A DNA stretch of 32,000 nt from Cupriavidus necator. GTDB taxonomy: Bacteria; Pseudomonadota; Gammaproteobacteria; Burkholderiales; Burkholderiaceae. The stretch covers positions 1,740,001 to 1,772,000 of the forward strand of contig NZ_CP066018.1 in assembly GCF_016127575.1 (NCBI RefSeq), in the 5' to 3' direction. This document shows, in pieces, positions 24,193-32,000 of the stretch. A program made the translations under genes and the position numbers. The number at the start of each line of letters is the position of its first letter. Positions within the stretch are counted from its first letter, which is position 1. The notes below the pieces were generated by a model. That model did no database searches, was not told the DNA's origin, and saw only the letters and a program-made list of their open reading frames with translations.

Positions 24193-24891
24193 TCAGGCAG
24201 TGTGCTTCTGCGGCACCATGGTGCGCCAGAAGCGCAGCCCGAAGCGGCGCGCGTCGCGCAGGTTGCGGCGCACCGCGTAGTCCAGGTCGGCGAGCTGCTC
24301 GTCCAGCGCTTCGGTCAGGCGGCTGGCGGTGTCGGCCGGCGGCAGTTCCAGGTAGGCATCGGCCTCGCCGTAGGCGTACTGGACCTTCATGCCGGCCTTC
24401 TTGGCAATGTGCATCATCGCCGCGTTGCGCGACAGGCAGTGCATGTACAGCGTGCGCACATTGGTATTGCGGCCGTGGATCGCGGCACGCTCGAACAGCG
24501 CGCTGCCGATGCCGCGCCCGCGGGCGCTGCCCGACACCGACACGCCGAACTCCGCCACGCGGCCCTGGGCGTTGTCGCGCAGGTTGGCGAAGTGGCCCAC
24601 GCCGATCAGTTCGAGCTTGTCGTCGTAGACGCCGAACACGCTGTCATGGTCGAAGTCGATGCTGTCGACATAGGCTTCGATCACGTGGTCGCCCACGGAC
24701 TGGCCAAAACGGAGCAGGCGATCCTCCTCGCCCAGGGCGAGGAAATGCTTCAGCAGGCGCGAGCGGTGGTGGGCCGCCAGCTCGCGCACCAGTACGGTGG
24801 CGCGGTGGGTGGCCTGTGCGGCTTCGGCTGCCTTGCGCAGATCTTCGTCGGTCAGTGCGCCGACGGCCTTGCTCAGTTCGAGCGGATTCAC
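24193..24891 (-). CDS. GNAT family acetyltransferase resembling the GNAT domain of Pat-type protein lysine acetyltransferases
   Basis: LALGEEDRLLRFG, ELIGVGHF...AEFGVSVSGSARGRGIGSALFERA and LSRNAAMMHIAKKAGMKV parallel the Pat-type GNAT layout (recalled from memory). I placed the start at the GTG at 24891, preceded by GGAAGGA; the track TTG at 24912 is unsupported. Confidence 0.7.
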   Translation of the reverse strand: MNPLELSKAVGALTDEDLRKAAEAAQATHRATVLVRELAAHHRSRLLKHFLALGEEDRLLRFGQSVGDHVIEAYVDSIDFDHDSVFGVYDDKLELIGVGHFANLRDNAQGRVAEFGVSVSGSARGRGIGSALFERAAIHGRNTNVRTLYMHCLSRNAAMMHIAKKAGMKVQYAYGEADAYLELPPADTASRLTEALDEQLADLDYAVRRNLRDARRFGLRFWRTMVPQKHTA

Positions 24892-25224
24892 GTTATTTCC
24901 TTCCAGGTGCAATCACAGATAAACATAGCACTGCGTTGGTGTTTTTCCAGGCACTTTTCCCTGCTTCGGTGCAGGATTCGGGGAAACACCATCTTGATGC
25001 GGAGCCAAAAGTATTGTAGTGGAATTGTCAGTTCGGCGTAAGCTTCCCGCGTCGCAGCAAGCCGCCGTCTCACCACAGCATCAATAAAAATCGAATAAAA
25101 TCAAAAGCTTGAGAAAATGTGATGAATTGTTGCGTGGTGCCAGATGTGGATTTGGTGCAACGCCGCAATCCCGCGTTCTCCCGCATCTCCGTCTGACTTC
25201 CCCTTGCCCAGCCGATCGCCTTTG

Positions 25225-25779
25225 ATGACCGAGCCCCCAATCGTTGTGATCTACGCGCACCCCACGCCCAGCCGTTCGCGCGTCAACCGTCCGCTGGCCG
25301 ATGCCTTGGCCGCGCTGCCGCAGGTACAGGTACGCGATCTCTACCGCAGCTATGTCGACTATGACATCGATGTCGTCGCCGAGCAGCGCGTGCTGTCGGT
25401 CTCCGACACCATCGTGCTGCAGTTCCCGGTGCGCTGGTACAGCGTGCCGGCGCTGCTCAAGCTGTGGCTCGACGAGGTGCTGGAGCCAGGCTGGGCCTAT
25501 GGCCCCGGCGGCACTGCGCTGCGTGGCAAGTCCTTGCTGGCGGTGGTGAGCACCGGCGGCACCGCCGATTCCTACGGGCCGGACGGCACCCATGGCCACC
25601 CGATCGGGGACTTCCTGCTGCCGCTGGAACAGACCGCCTTGCTGTGCGGCATGAGCTGGCTCCCGCCGGTGGTGCTGCACGACGCCAACAATGCCGATGC
25701 CCAGGCGCTGGCCGAGCATATCGCCCACGTCTGCGGGCGGCTGGGCACCGGCGCCGCGCCGGCGGGGGGACAGGCATGA
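25225..25779 (+). CDS. kefF: Flavodoxin-like NAD(P)H:quinone oxidoreductase, KefF/KefG-type ancillary subunit
   Basis: IVVIYAHPTPSRSRVNRPLADAL, then IVLQFPVRWYSVPALLKLWLDEVL, is typical of KefF/KefG. The stop overlaps the ATG of the downstream antiporter (ATGA at 25776-25779). F versus G cannot be distinguished from sequence alone. Confidence 0.8.
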   Translation: MTEPPIVVIYAHPTPSRSRVNRPLADALAALPQVQVRDLYRSYVDYDIDVVAEQRVLSVSDTIVLQFPVRWYSVPALLKLWLDEVLEPGWAYGPGGTALRGKSLLAVVSTGGTADSYGPDGTHGHPIGDFLLPLEQTALLCGMSWLPPVVLHDANNADAQALAEHIAHVCGRLGTGAAPAGGQA

Positions 25780-27590
25780 ACCAGCACGACTTCCTGATTG
25801 CGCTGCTGGTGTTCCTGGTGGCGGCGGTGGTGGCGGTGCCGCTGGCGCGGCGCAGTGGCCTGGGCGCGGTGCTGGGCTACCTGCTGGCGGGGGCGGCGAT
25901 CGGGCCGTTTGCGTTGCGCCTGGTGACCAATGTCGAATCGATCCTGCATTTCTCCGAGTTCGGCGTGGTGTTGATGATGTTCGTCATCGGCCTGGAGCTG
26001 GAGCCGCGCAAGCTGTGGGCGCTGCGGCGGAGCATCTTTGGCTACGGCGGCGCGCAGCTGGCTGCGTGCGCGCTGGTGATCGGCGCGGTCGCGGCGCTGG
26101 CGGGCGCGCCGTGGCAGGTGGCGCTGGTGGCGGGCCTGGGACTGGCGTTGTCGTCCACCGCGATCGCGCTGGCGACACTGACCGAGCGCAACCTGTTCGG
26201 CACGCCGGCGGGGGCCGCCAGCTTCGGCATCCTGCTGTTCCAGGACATCGCCGCGATCCCGATGATCGCGCTGTTGCCGCTGCTGGCCACGCAGGGCGCC
26301 GCAGGCGCGGGTCCGGGCGCGGCCGGCTGGCTGGCGGCGGGCAAGGCGGTGGTGGTGATCGGTGCGGTGGTGGTCGGCGGCCGCTACCTGGTGCGCCCGG
26401 CGCTGCGCTTTATCGCCCGCACCGACATGCGCGAGATGTTCACGGCGTTTGCGCTGCTGCTGGTGGTGGGCATTGCGTTGATGATGGACGCGGTGGGCTT
26501 GTCGATGGCGCTGGGCACCTTCGTGGCTGGCGTGCTGCTGGCCGATTCGGAATACCGCCATGCGCTCGAGGCCGACCTGGAGCCATTCAAGGGCCTGCTG
26601 CTGGGCCTGTTCTTCATGGCTGTCGGCATGTCGATCGACTTTGCCGTGCTGGCACACTCGCCCTGGCTGGTGCTGGGTCTGGTGGCCGCCTTCGTGGTTG
26701 CCAAGACCGCGGTGCTGGCGCTGCTGGCGCGGTATTTTGCCATCGCCCGCGGGCAGCGGCTGCTGTTTGCGCTGCTGATCTCGCAGGGCGGTGAGTTCGC
26801 TTTCGTGGTGTTCGGCGTGGCCGGCACCGCCGGCCTGCTGCCGCGCGAGACCGAGGCCCTGCTGGTGCTGGTGGTGGCGCTGTCGATGGTGGCCACGCCC
26901 TTGCTGCTGCTGGCCTATGACCGGCTGGTGGCGCCGCGCCTGGGCAGCGGCAAGGCCCGCCCGGACGAGGCCATCACGCCGCAGCACAATCCGGTGCTGA
27001 TCGCCGGTTTCGGGCGCTTCGGCCAGATCGTCGGCCGCCTGCTGTACACCCAGGGCGTGGGCGTGACGGTGCTGGACCACGACCCCGACCAGATCGAGTT
27101 CCTGCGCCAGTACGGCTTCAAGGTCTTCTATGGCGACGCCACCCGGCTGGACCTGCTGGAGGCCGCGGGCATTGCCGACGCGCGCATCCTGGTGGTGGCG
27201 ATCGACGGCATGGACGAAAGCCTGGAACTGATCGACCGCGTGCGCCAGCGCTTTCCCGAACTGCAGATCTACGCCCGGGCGCGCCATGTGTCACATGTCT
27301 ACCAGCTCAAGGACCGCGGCGTGCACCTGTTCGAGCGCGAGATGTTCGAGGGCTCGCTGATGCTGGGCCGCCGCGTGCTGGAGGGGCTGGGTTTCGATCC
27401 GGCCGAGGCCCGCAACGTGGCACTGCGTTTCCGGCGCCACAACATCCAGGCGATCGACCGCTTCTATCCGCACTACACCGACCAGAAGAAGCTGGTCTCG
27501 CTGGCGCGCCAGGCGCGCGACGAACTGGAAGAGATGTTCCGCCAGGACCGCGAGCAGCGGCGTCAGCGCGAAGAGGCCGAGTGGATGTGA
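25776..27590 (+). CDS. kefC: Glutathione-regulated K+ efflux / CPA2 cation:proton antiporter with C-terminal KTN (RCK) domain
   Basis: 604 aa, from MNQHDFLIALLVFLVAAVVAVPLARRSGLGAVLGYLLAGAAIGPF. It is a multi-TM Na_H_exchanger-type domain followed by the Rossmann motif IAGFGRFGQIVGRLL. The N-terminal part of the track ORF (25464..) is out-of-gene shadow. kefB versus kefC is not distinguishable. Confidence 0.88.
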   Translation: MNQHDFLIALLVFLVAAVVAVPLARRSGLGAVLGYLLAGAAIGPFALRLVTNVESILHFSEFGVVLMMFVIGLELEPRKLWALRRSIFGYGGAQLAACALVIGAVAALAGAPWQVALVAGLGLALSSTAIALATLTERNLFGTPAGAASFGILLFQDIAAIPMIALLPLLATQGAAGAGPGAAGWLAAGKAVVVIGAVVVGGRYLVRPALRFIARTDMREMFTAFALLLVVGIALMMDAVGLSMALGTFVAGVLLADSEYRHALEADLEPFKGLLLGLFFMAVGMSIDFAVLAHSPWLVLGLVAAFVVAKTAVLALLARYFAIARGQRLLFALLISQGGEFAFVVFGVAGTAGLLPRETEALLVLVVALSMVATPLLLLAYDRLVAPRLGSGKARPDEAITPQHNPVLIAGFGRFGQIVGRLLYTQGVGVTVLDHDPDQIEFLRQYGFKVFYGDATRLDLLEAAGIADARILVVAIDGMDESLELIDRVRQRFPELQIYARARHVSHVYQLKDRGVHLFEREMFEGSLMLGRRVLEGLGFDPAEARNVALRFRRHNIQAIDRFYPHYTDQKKLVSLARQARDELEEMFRQDREQRRQREEAEWM

Positions 27591-27617
27591 GCGGCAGGGC
27601 GGCGGGCCAGCGCCGCG

Positions 27618-28235
27618 TCAGCGCGCGGCCGCGGCCCGGCCGGGCAGGCCGCCTTCGAGCAGGTCGACCACCATCTCGGCAAACTCTGCATAGGACAACC
27701 GGCCGCCTGGCTTGAGCCAGGTGAAGGTCCAGTTGATCATGCCGAAGATGGTCATGGTCAGCGCGGTCTGGTTCTCGCGCGTGACGCGCTCCGGGTAGGC
27801 CCGGCGCAGCAGGCGCGAGAACGCCGCGACCACGTCGCGCTCGCGGCCCAGGATCAGGTCGCGCTGGGTCTCGGCCAGGAACTTGACGTCGTTGATCAGC
27901 GCGATATGGCGCGTCTGCGAGGTCTCGTACTCGGCCAGGAAGGCGCGGATCAGGTTGCCGAAGGCTTCCTTGTCGGTGCGCGCGTGGCGCTCGGCGTCGG
28001 CCTCCACTTCAGTGACGAGCAGCATCAGCCGGCGCGTGTAGCGGTCCAGCAGGTCGAACAGGATCGCTTCCTTGCTCTCGTAATAGTGGTACAGCCGCGC
28101 CTTGGAGGTGCCGCAGGCGGCGGCCAGGTCGGCCATCGAGGTGCTGGGGTAGCTGCTGTTGGCAAAGGCGGCGGCGGCCAGGTCCAGGATCTGCTCGCGC
28201 TGCGCCTCGAAATCGGGTGCCTTGGTACGGGCCAT
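27618..28235 (-). CDS. TetR/AcrR family transcriptional regulator (possible PaaR-type regulator of phenylacetate genes)
   Basis: QREQILDLAAAAFANSSYPSTSMADLAAACGTSKARLYHYYESKEAI is the TetR_N HTH. The gene starts 8 nt downstream of the preceding gene (operon) and lies next to the paa genes. Confidence 0.85.
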   Translation of the reverse strand: MARTKAPDFEAQREQILDLAAAAFANSSYPSTSMADLAAACGTSKARLYHYYESKEAILFDLLDRYTRRLMLLVTEVEADAERHARTDKEAFGNLIRAFLAEYETSQTRHIALINDVKFLAETQRDLILGRERDVVAAFSRLLRRAYPERVTRENQTALTMTIFGMINWTFTWLKPGGRLSYAEFAEMVVDLLEGGLPGRAAAAR

Positions 28236-28243
28236 ATTCTCGT

Positions 28244-29047
28244 TTATTCGCCGCCGGTGCCACCGCTGCCGAGATGGCGGCGCAGTTCGCAGGTATCGAG
28301 CGAGTCAGCATTGCCGCGCAGCACCAGCTGGCCCATGGCGATCAGCTCGCGGCAGCGCCAGAACACGAACCAGTCGCTGGCCAGCAGACCCTCGATCGCG
28401 CCCATCACGCTGCCCACCATCTGCGCCGCGGGCGTCCACTCCGACGGGGCGCGTTCCATGATGATCTCGTCGATGGTGTGGTAGGCCGCCGGCACCAGCG
28501 TGTTGCCCTTCCAGAGCCGCACGTCGGCGTTTTCCTTGACGTTCTGCTGCCACTCGTAGCCGAGGCGGCCCAGGCGCAGCACCGAGACCGGGGCGATGGT
28601 GGAAAAGCGCCGCGCCAGCCGCGCGGGCGTGTACATGCCGATCGCCGCCAGGTTGCCCTGCGCGGGCATTTCCAGCTCGCGCAGGTCCATGGCGACTTCA
28701 TTGATCCGCTGCGGCGCCTGGTACAGGTGGAACACCACCCGGCGCAGCATCAGCTGGTCAGCCGCGCTCTGGCCGTGCCAGATGGCCACTTCCATGTTGT
28801 CCTGGCGCAGTCCCTGGAGCTGGTCCAGCGCCTGGCGCATCTCGGCGCCGAAATCGATGTCGGTATGCGGGGCGACCCGCTGCCAGAAGCCGGAGCGGAT
28901 CAGGCCGGTGCTGTCGATGTCGGCCAGCGGGCCTACCGCCAGGTCGTCGCGCAGCACCACGACAGGGTCCGGCCGCGCAGCCTGGGCCAGGGCCTGGCGC
29001 AGGGTCGTGCCTGCTACATCACCGTTGACGACGTGGATATATTGCAT
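28244..29047 (-). CDS. Conserved protein of unknown function (DUF1835/DUF3658-like)
   Basis: MQYIHVVNGDVAGTTLRQAL...VVVLRDDLAVGPL and the C-terminal WTPAAQMVGSVMG...SDWFVFWRCRELIAMGQLVLRG resemble the DUF1835 + DUF3658 architecture as I recall it. I placed the start at the ATG at 29047; the 28 extra track residues are Pro/Arg-rich. Confidence 0.55.
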   Translation of the reverse strand: MQYIHVVNGDVAGTTLRQALAQAARPDPVVVLRDDLAVGPLADIDSTGLIRSGFWQRVAPHTDIDFGAEMRQALDQLQGLRQDNMEVAIWHGQSAADQLMLRRVVFHLYQAPQRINEVAMDLRELEMPAQGNLAAIGMYTPARLARRFSTIAPVSVLRLGRLGYEWQQNVKENADVRLWKGNTLVPAAYHTIDEIIMERAPSEWTPAAQMVGSVMGAIEGLLASDWFVFWRCRELIAMGQLVLRGNADSLDTCELRRHLGSGGTGGE

Positions 29048-29241
29048 GGCCGTGATTGTATATGGGTGGACGGTTCGCTGGCACCGCCGCGGCGGCGGTG
29101 CGACAGGCGCGATCGCCGCCCGCCCGGTCACTGTCCTGCAAGCATCGCGCCAGCCCGAAGCCGCCTGCCGCCATTGTAGTCACGGCCGGTGCTGGCCAAT
29201 GTCGGCAATTGTCTGAATACACACGCCCCGGCGTGCCCGGA

Positions 29242-30327
29242 TCAGCGTTCGTCGTAGCTGACTACCACCCGCGGCGTCAGCGCCCGCGCCTGGCAGGTGA
29301 GCACGAAGCCCTTTTCCATCTCCCACGGCTCGAGCGTGTAGTTCTTTTCCATGTCCACCTGGCCCTCCAGCACCTTGGCGCGGCAGGTGCAACAGACGCC
29401 GCTCTTGCAGGCAAAAGGCAGGTCCAGGCCGGCGGCCAGCGCGGTGTCCAGCACGGCGTCTTCCAGCGGCAGGCGCATGCTGTGCTGCTTGCCGTCGAGC
29501 ACCACCACCAGCTCGGCGGTGCCGGCATGGTCGGCGTGCGCCGGGGCCGGCTTGCGCCTGGCCTGGGCCAGCGGCACACCGAAGCGCTCGGCGTGGATGC
29601 GGTGCGGGTCGACGCCCGCGTCGCGCAGCGCCGCCTCGGACTCGTCGATCATCGAGGCCGGCCCGCAGACAAAGGCCGCGTCGATGTCTTCCACGGGGAT
29701 CAGGGTCTGCAGGAAGGCGGTCACGCGGGCATGGTCGAGCCGGCCATGCAGCAGGTCCACCTCCTGCGGCTGGCGCGACAGCACGTGGTAGAGCGTGAAA
29801 CGCGCCAGGTACTGGTTCTTCAGGTCTTCCAGCGCCTCGGAGAAGATGATGCTGTCGACGTTGCGGTTGCCATAGACCAGCGTGAAGCGGCTGTGCGGCT
29901 CGGCCTGCAGCGTGGTGCGGATCAGCGACAGCACCGGCGTGATGCCGCTGCCGGCGGCAAATGCCACGTAGTGGCGCGCGGCGCCGGCATCGAGCGGCAC
30001 GTGAAAGCGACCGTCGGGGGTCATCACGTCGATCACCTGGCCCGGGGCGATGGAATCATGCAGGTGCGTGGAAAAGAGTCCGTCCTCGACCAGCTTGACC
30101 GCCACGCGCAGCTCGCCGTGCGCGTCGTAGTCCTGCACGGCCGAGCAGATCGAGTAGGAGCGGCGCAGGTCCTTGCCTTCGACCGGCGCCTTCAGCGTCA
30201 GGAACTGGCCCTGGGTGAAGCGGTAGGCGTCGCGCAGCGCGTCCGGCACCTCGAAGGCGATCGAAATCGTGTCGGCGGTCTCGGGGCGCACCTGCGCCAC
30301 GCGCAGCGGATGGAACTGTGGAGTCAT
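29242..30327 (-). CDS. paaE: Phenylacetyl-CoA 1,2-epoxidase reductase subunit PaaE
   Basis: 361 aa with FNR-like RSYSICS (FAD) and GSGITPVLS (NAD) motifs, plus a C-terminal plant-type 2Fe-2S motif CKSGVCCTCRAKV...LTC. Confidence 0.9.
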   Translation of the reverse strand: MTPQFHPLRVAQVRPETADTISIAFEVPDALRDAYRFTQGQFLTLKAPVEGKDLRRSYSICSAVQDYDAHGELRVAVKLVEDGLFSTHLHDSIAPGQVIDVMTPDGRFHVPLDAGAARHYVAFAAGSGITPVLSLIRTTLQAEPHSRFTLVYGNRNVDSIIFSEALEDLKNQYLARFTLYHVLSRQPQEVDLLHGRLDHARVTAFLQTLIPVEDIDAAFVCGPASMIDESEAALRDAGVDPHRIHAERFGVPLAQARRKPAPAHADHAGTAELVVVLDGKQHSMRLPLEDAVLDTALAAGLDLPFACKSGVCCTCRAKVLEGQVDMEKNYTLEPWEMEKGFVLTCQARALTPRVVVSYDER

Positions 30328-30354
30328 GGCAGCCTGGCTTCGGCCCGGCGGGGC

Positions 30355-30915
30355 TCAGTAAGGTTTGAAATAGTCGAACGGCTCGCGGCAGTCCAGGCAC
30401 CGGTACAGCGCCTTGCAGGCGGTCGAGGCAAAGCGCGAGATTTCCTGCGTATGCATGCTGCCGCAGCGCGGGCAGGCCACGGCATCGGGCGCGCCCGCGC
30501 GGGCGGCGCGAGGCACAAAGCGCAGCGGCTGCGCCGCGGCCGGCGTGCCGCACTGGCCCGGCGGTGCTATGCCGAAGGCGCGCAGGCGCTCGCGCGCGGC
30601 CGGGGTGATCCAGTCGGTGGTCCAGGCCGGCGCCAGCACGGTGCGGATGCGCCACGGCGCCAGCCCGGCGCCGTCCAGCGCCCGGCCGATGTCCTCGGCG
30701 ATCTGCGACATCGCCGGGCAGCCGGAATAGGTGGGCGTGATGACGATCTCAAGCGCGCCGTCGGCGGCGGTCAGGACATCTCGCAGGATGCCCAGGTCGC
30801 GGATCGATACCACCGGGATCTCCGGGTCCGGCACCGCCCCCAGCGCCGCCCATGCACGCGCGATGCGGCCGTCGGTGGCGCGGTCGTTGCGCAGGGGGAG
30901 GGCGGCGATGTTCAT
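30355..30915 (-). CDS. paaD: Phenylacetyl-CoA oxygenase subunit PaaD
   Basis: VPDPEIPVVSIRDLGILRDV...ITPTYSGCPAM and C-terminal CPRCGS...CKALYRCLDCREPFDYFK are typical of PaaD. The ATG at 30915 has an AAAGGG SD. The track TTG at 30924 is the alternative. Confidence 0.85.
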   Translation of the reverse strand: MNIAALPLRNDRATDGRIARAWAALGAVPDPEIPVVSIRDLGILRDVLTAADGALEIVITPTYSGCPAMSQIAEDIGRALDGAGLAPWRIRTVLAPAWTTDWITPAARERLRAFGIAPPGQCGTPAAAQPLRFVPRAARAGAPDAVACPRCGSMHTQEISRFASTACKALYRCLDCREPFDYFKPY

Positions 30916-30946
30916 GTTGGTCAACCCTTTGCGCCGAAGCGGGCGC

Positions 30947-31798
30947 TTACCATTGCGCGCCCGGATGGGCCCGCGCCAGCCCCTGCATCTCGCCCAGCAG
31001 GTAGCTCATGTGTTCGGAGTGCACGCCGTGCTTGCCGGTCGAGACAAAGCTCGTGGCCTGGGGCAAGTCCAGCGTGGCGGCCTGCAGCGTCTCGGCGACG
31101 GTGGCGTCCCAGGCCGGGCGCAGCGTGGCCGTGACCACGCCGATGCCCTGCGTGGCGGCCTCGGTTTCGACCGCGTCCTCGGCAAAGCACTCGTTCATAT
31201 AGGGCAGAAGGTGCTCCAGCGCGCGCTGCATGCGCGCGTGCGATGCCTCGGTGCCGTCGCCCAGGCGCACTACCCAGCCAGCCGCGTGGTGCAGGTGGTA
31301 GCGCGCTTCCTTGACCGACTTGGCGGCGATCGCGGCCAGCTGGTCGTCGTGGCTGGCCAGTAATGCTTCCCACAGCTCGACCATCAGCGCGCTGTACAGG
31401 AAGTTGCGCATGATGGTGACGGCGTAGTCGCGCTCGGCTGCGGCGTTGCCGGCCAGCGGGCCGCGGTGCGGCAGCTCCAGCAGCGTCCAGTTGCGGAAGT
31501 CGCGCTCGGCACGCCAGTAGGTGTAGTCGTCCTCATGGCGGGGCAGGCCGGTCAGCTCGCCTTCCAGTTCGCCGGCGCGGCCGTACAGCAGCCGTGCCTG
31601 GCCGATCAGGTCCAGGCTGATGTTGGCCAGCGCGATGTCTTCTTCCAGCACCGGGCCGTGGCCACACCATTCGGCGTTGCGCTGGCCCAGGACCAGGGCG
31701 TTGTCGGCCAGGCGCAGCACGTAGCGCAAGCCCGCAGTGCGTGCCGGCGGCAGGTGGTCGAGCGAGGCGGGCGCGGTCGGCTGTGGGGACGCAGTCAT
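30947..31798 (-). CDS. paaC: Phenylacetyl-CoA oxygenase subunit PaaC
   Basis: YVLRLADNALVLGQRNAEWCGHGPVLEEDIALANISLDLIGQARLLY is the conserved PaaC N-terminal region. 283 aa, positioned between paaB and paaD. Confidence 0.85.
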   Translation of the reverse strand: MTASPQPTAPASLDHLPPARTAGLRYVLRLADNALVLGQRNAEWCGHGPVLEEDIALANISLDLIGQARLLYGRAGELEGELTGLPRHEDDYTYWRAERDFRNWTLLELPHRGPLAGNAAAERDYAVTIMRNFLYSALMVELWEALLASHDDQLAAIAAKSVKEARYHLHHAAGWVVRLGDGTEASHARMQRALEHLLPYMNECFAEDAVETEAATQGIGVVTATLRPAWDATVAETLQAATLDLPQATSFVSTGKHGVHSEHMSYLLGEMQGLARAHPGAQW

Positions 31799-31808
31799 GG
31801 TGCGGGCC

Positions 31809-32000
31809 TTACATGTGGTTGACTTCGTCGGGCAGCTGGTAGAACGTCGGGTGCCGGTAGATCTTGTCGGCCATCGGGTCGAACAGCTCCGGCTTTTCCT
31901 CGGGCACGCTCGCGGTGATGGACGCTGACGGCACCACCCAGATCGACACGCCTTCCTGGCGCCGCGTATAGACGTCGCGCGCCATGTGCAGCGCCTGCTG
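31809..32000 (-). CDS. paaB: Phenylacetyl-CoA oxygenase subunit PaaB (C-terminal part; gene continues beyond the right edge)
   Basis: My reverse-complement translation reads ...ARDVYTRRQEGVSIWVVPSASITASVPEEKPELFDPMADKIYRHPTFYQLPDEVNHM*. It parallels E. coli PaaB (...ARDAYTRRSEGCSIWVV...KVYRHPTFYTIPDGIEHM). It is not in the ORF track because it is truncated by the window edge. Confidence 0.85.
   Translation of the reverse strand, partial: QQALHMARDVYTRRQEGVSIWVVPSASITASVPEEKPELFDPMADKIYRHPTFYQLPDEVNHM

Noticed and set aside
24888-25076. A 62-aa minus-strand ORF in the AT-rich GNAT/kefF intergenic region.
   Set aside because: It overlaps the 5' end of the GNAT gene in another frame. It has no SD and no recognisable motif.
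1-32000. Whether the window is a genomic island, prophage, defence island or CRISPR locus.
   Set aside because: I recognised no integrase, transposase, tRNA, phage gene, direct-repeat array or known defence-gene signature. Composition looks uniformly GC-rich apart from short intergenic AT patches. The gene content (T2SS, hmp, kefC, paa, ior) is typical core chromosome.

Overview
The window is a very GC-rich chromosomal segment, roughly two-thirds G+C by eye. Gene content and codon style suggest a Burkholderiaceae betaproteobacterium (Cupriavidus/Ralstonia-like); this is inference, since no database search was possible. All identifications come from reading the supplied translations and the DNA for motifs.

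Gene map, left to right:
- 1-690: 5' part of an MFS-type transporter (-).
- 789-2018: three small enzyme genes, GNAT, GFA and VOC/glyoxalase (-).
- 2157-2768: a divergent HD-domain protein.
- 2825-6418: a 1197-aa fused indolepyruvate:ferredoxin oxidoreductase-family gene (-).
- 6766-8019: a stand-alone NYN + OST-HTH/LOTUS protein with a long Pro/Ala/Gln/Glu tail.
- 8101-19638: a complete minus-strand type II secretion operon, gspG-H-I-J-K-L-M-N-D-E-F.
- 19857-21623: an nsrR-hmp nitric-oxide detoxification module, with NsrR-box-like 11-1-11 inverted repeats in front of both genes.
- 21738-22439: a displaced gspC-like gene directly downstream of hmp.
- 22592-23197: a periplasmic His-rich protein with four EF-hands.
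- 23601-24891: an Lrp/AsnC regulator convergent with a Pat-like GNAT.
- 25225-27590: kefF/kefC-type K+ efflux genes.
- 27618-29047: a TetR regulator with a DUF1835-like gene (-).
- 29242-32000: the distal end of the phenylacetyl-CoA oxygenase operon, paaE-D-C and partial paaB (-).

I saw no rRNA, tRNA, CRISPR array, transposase or integrase. The many long Arg/Ala/Gly-rich ORFs antisense to real genes are GC-composition artefacts.

I do not see a clear-cut novel multi-gene system; most of the window is conserved core metabolism and secretion. The best leads are:
- the NO-stress module wedged into the T2SS locus, with possible hmp-gspC read-through;
- the orphan NYN-LOTUS gene;
- the conserved unknown gene between paaE and the TetR regulator;
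- an orphan near-consensus sigma54 promoter motif upstream of the Lrp-like gene;
- an unexplained 270-bp spacer inside the otherwise tightly coupled gsp operon.
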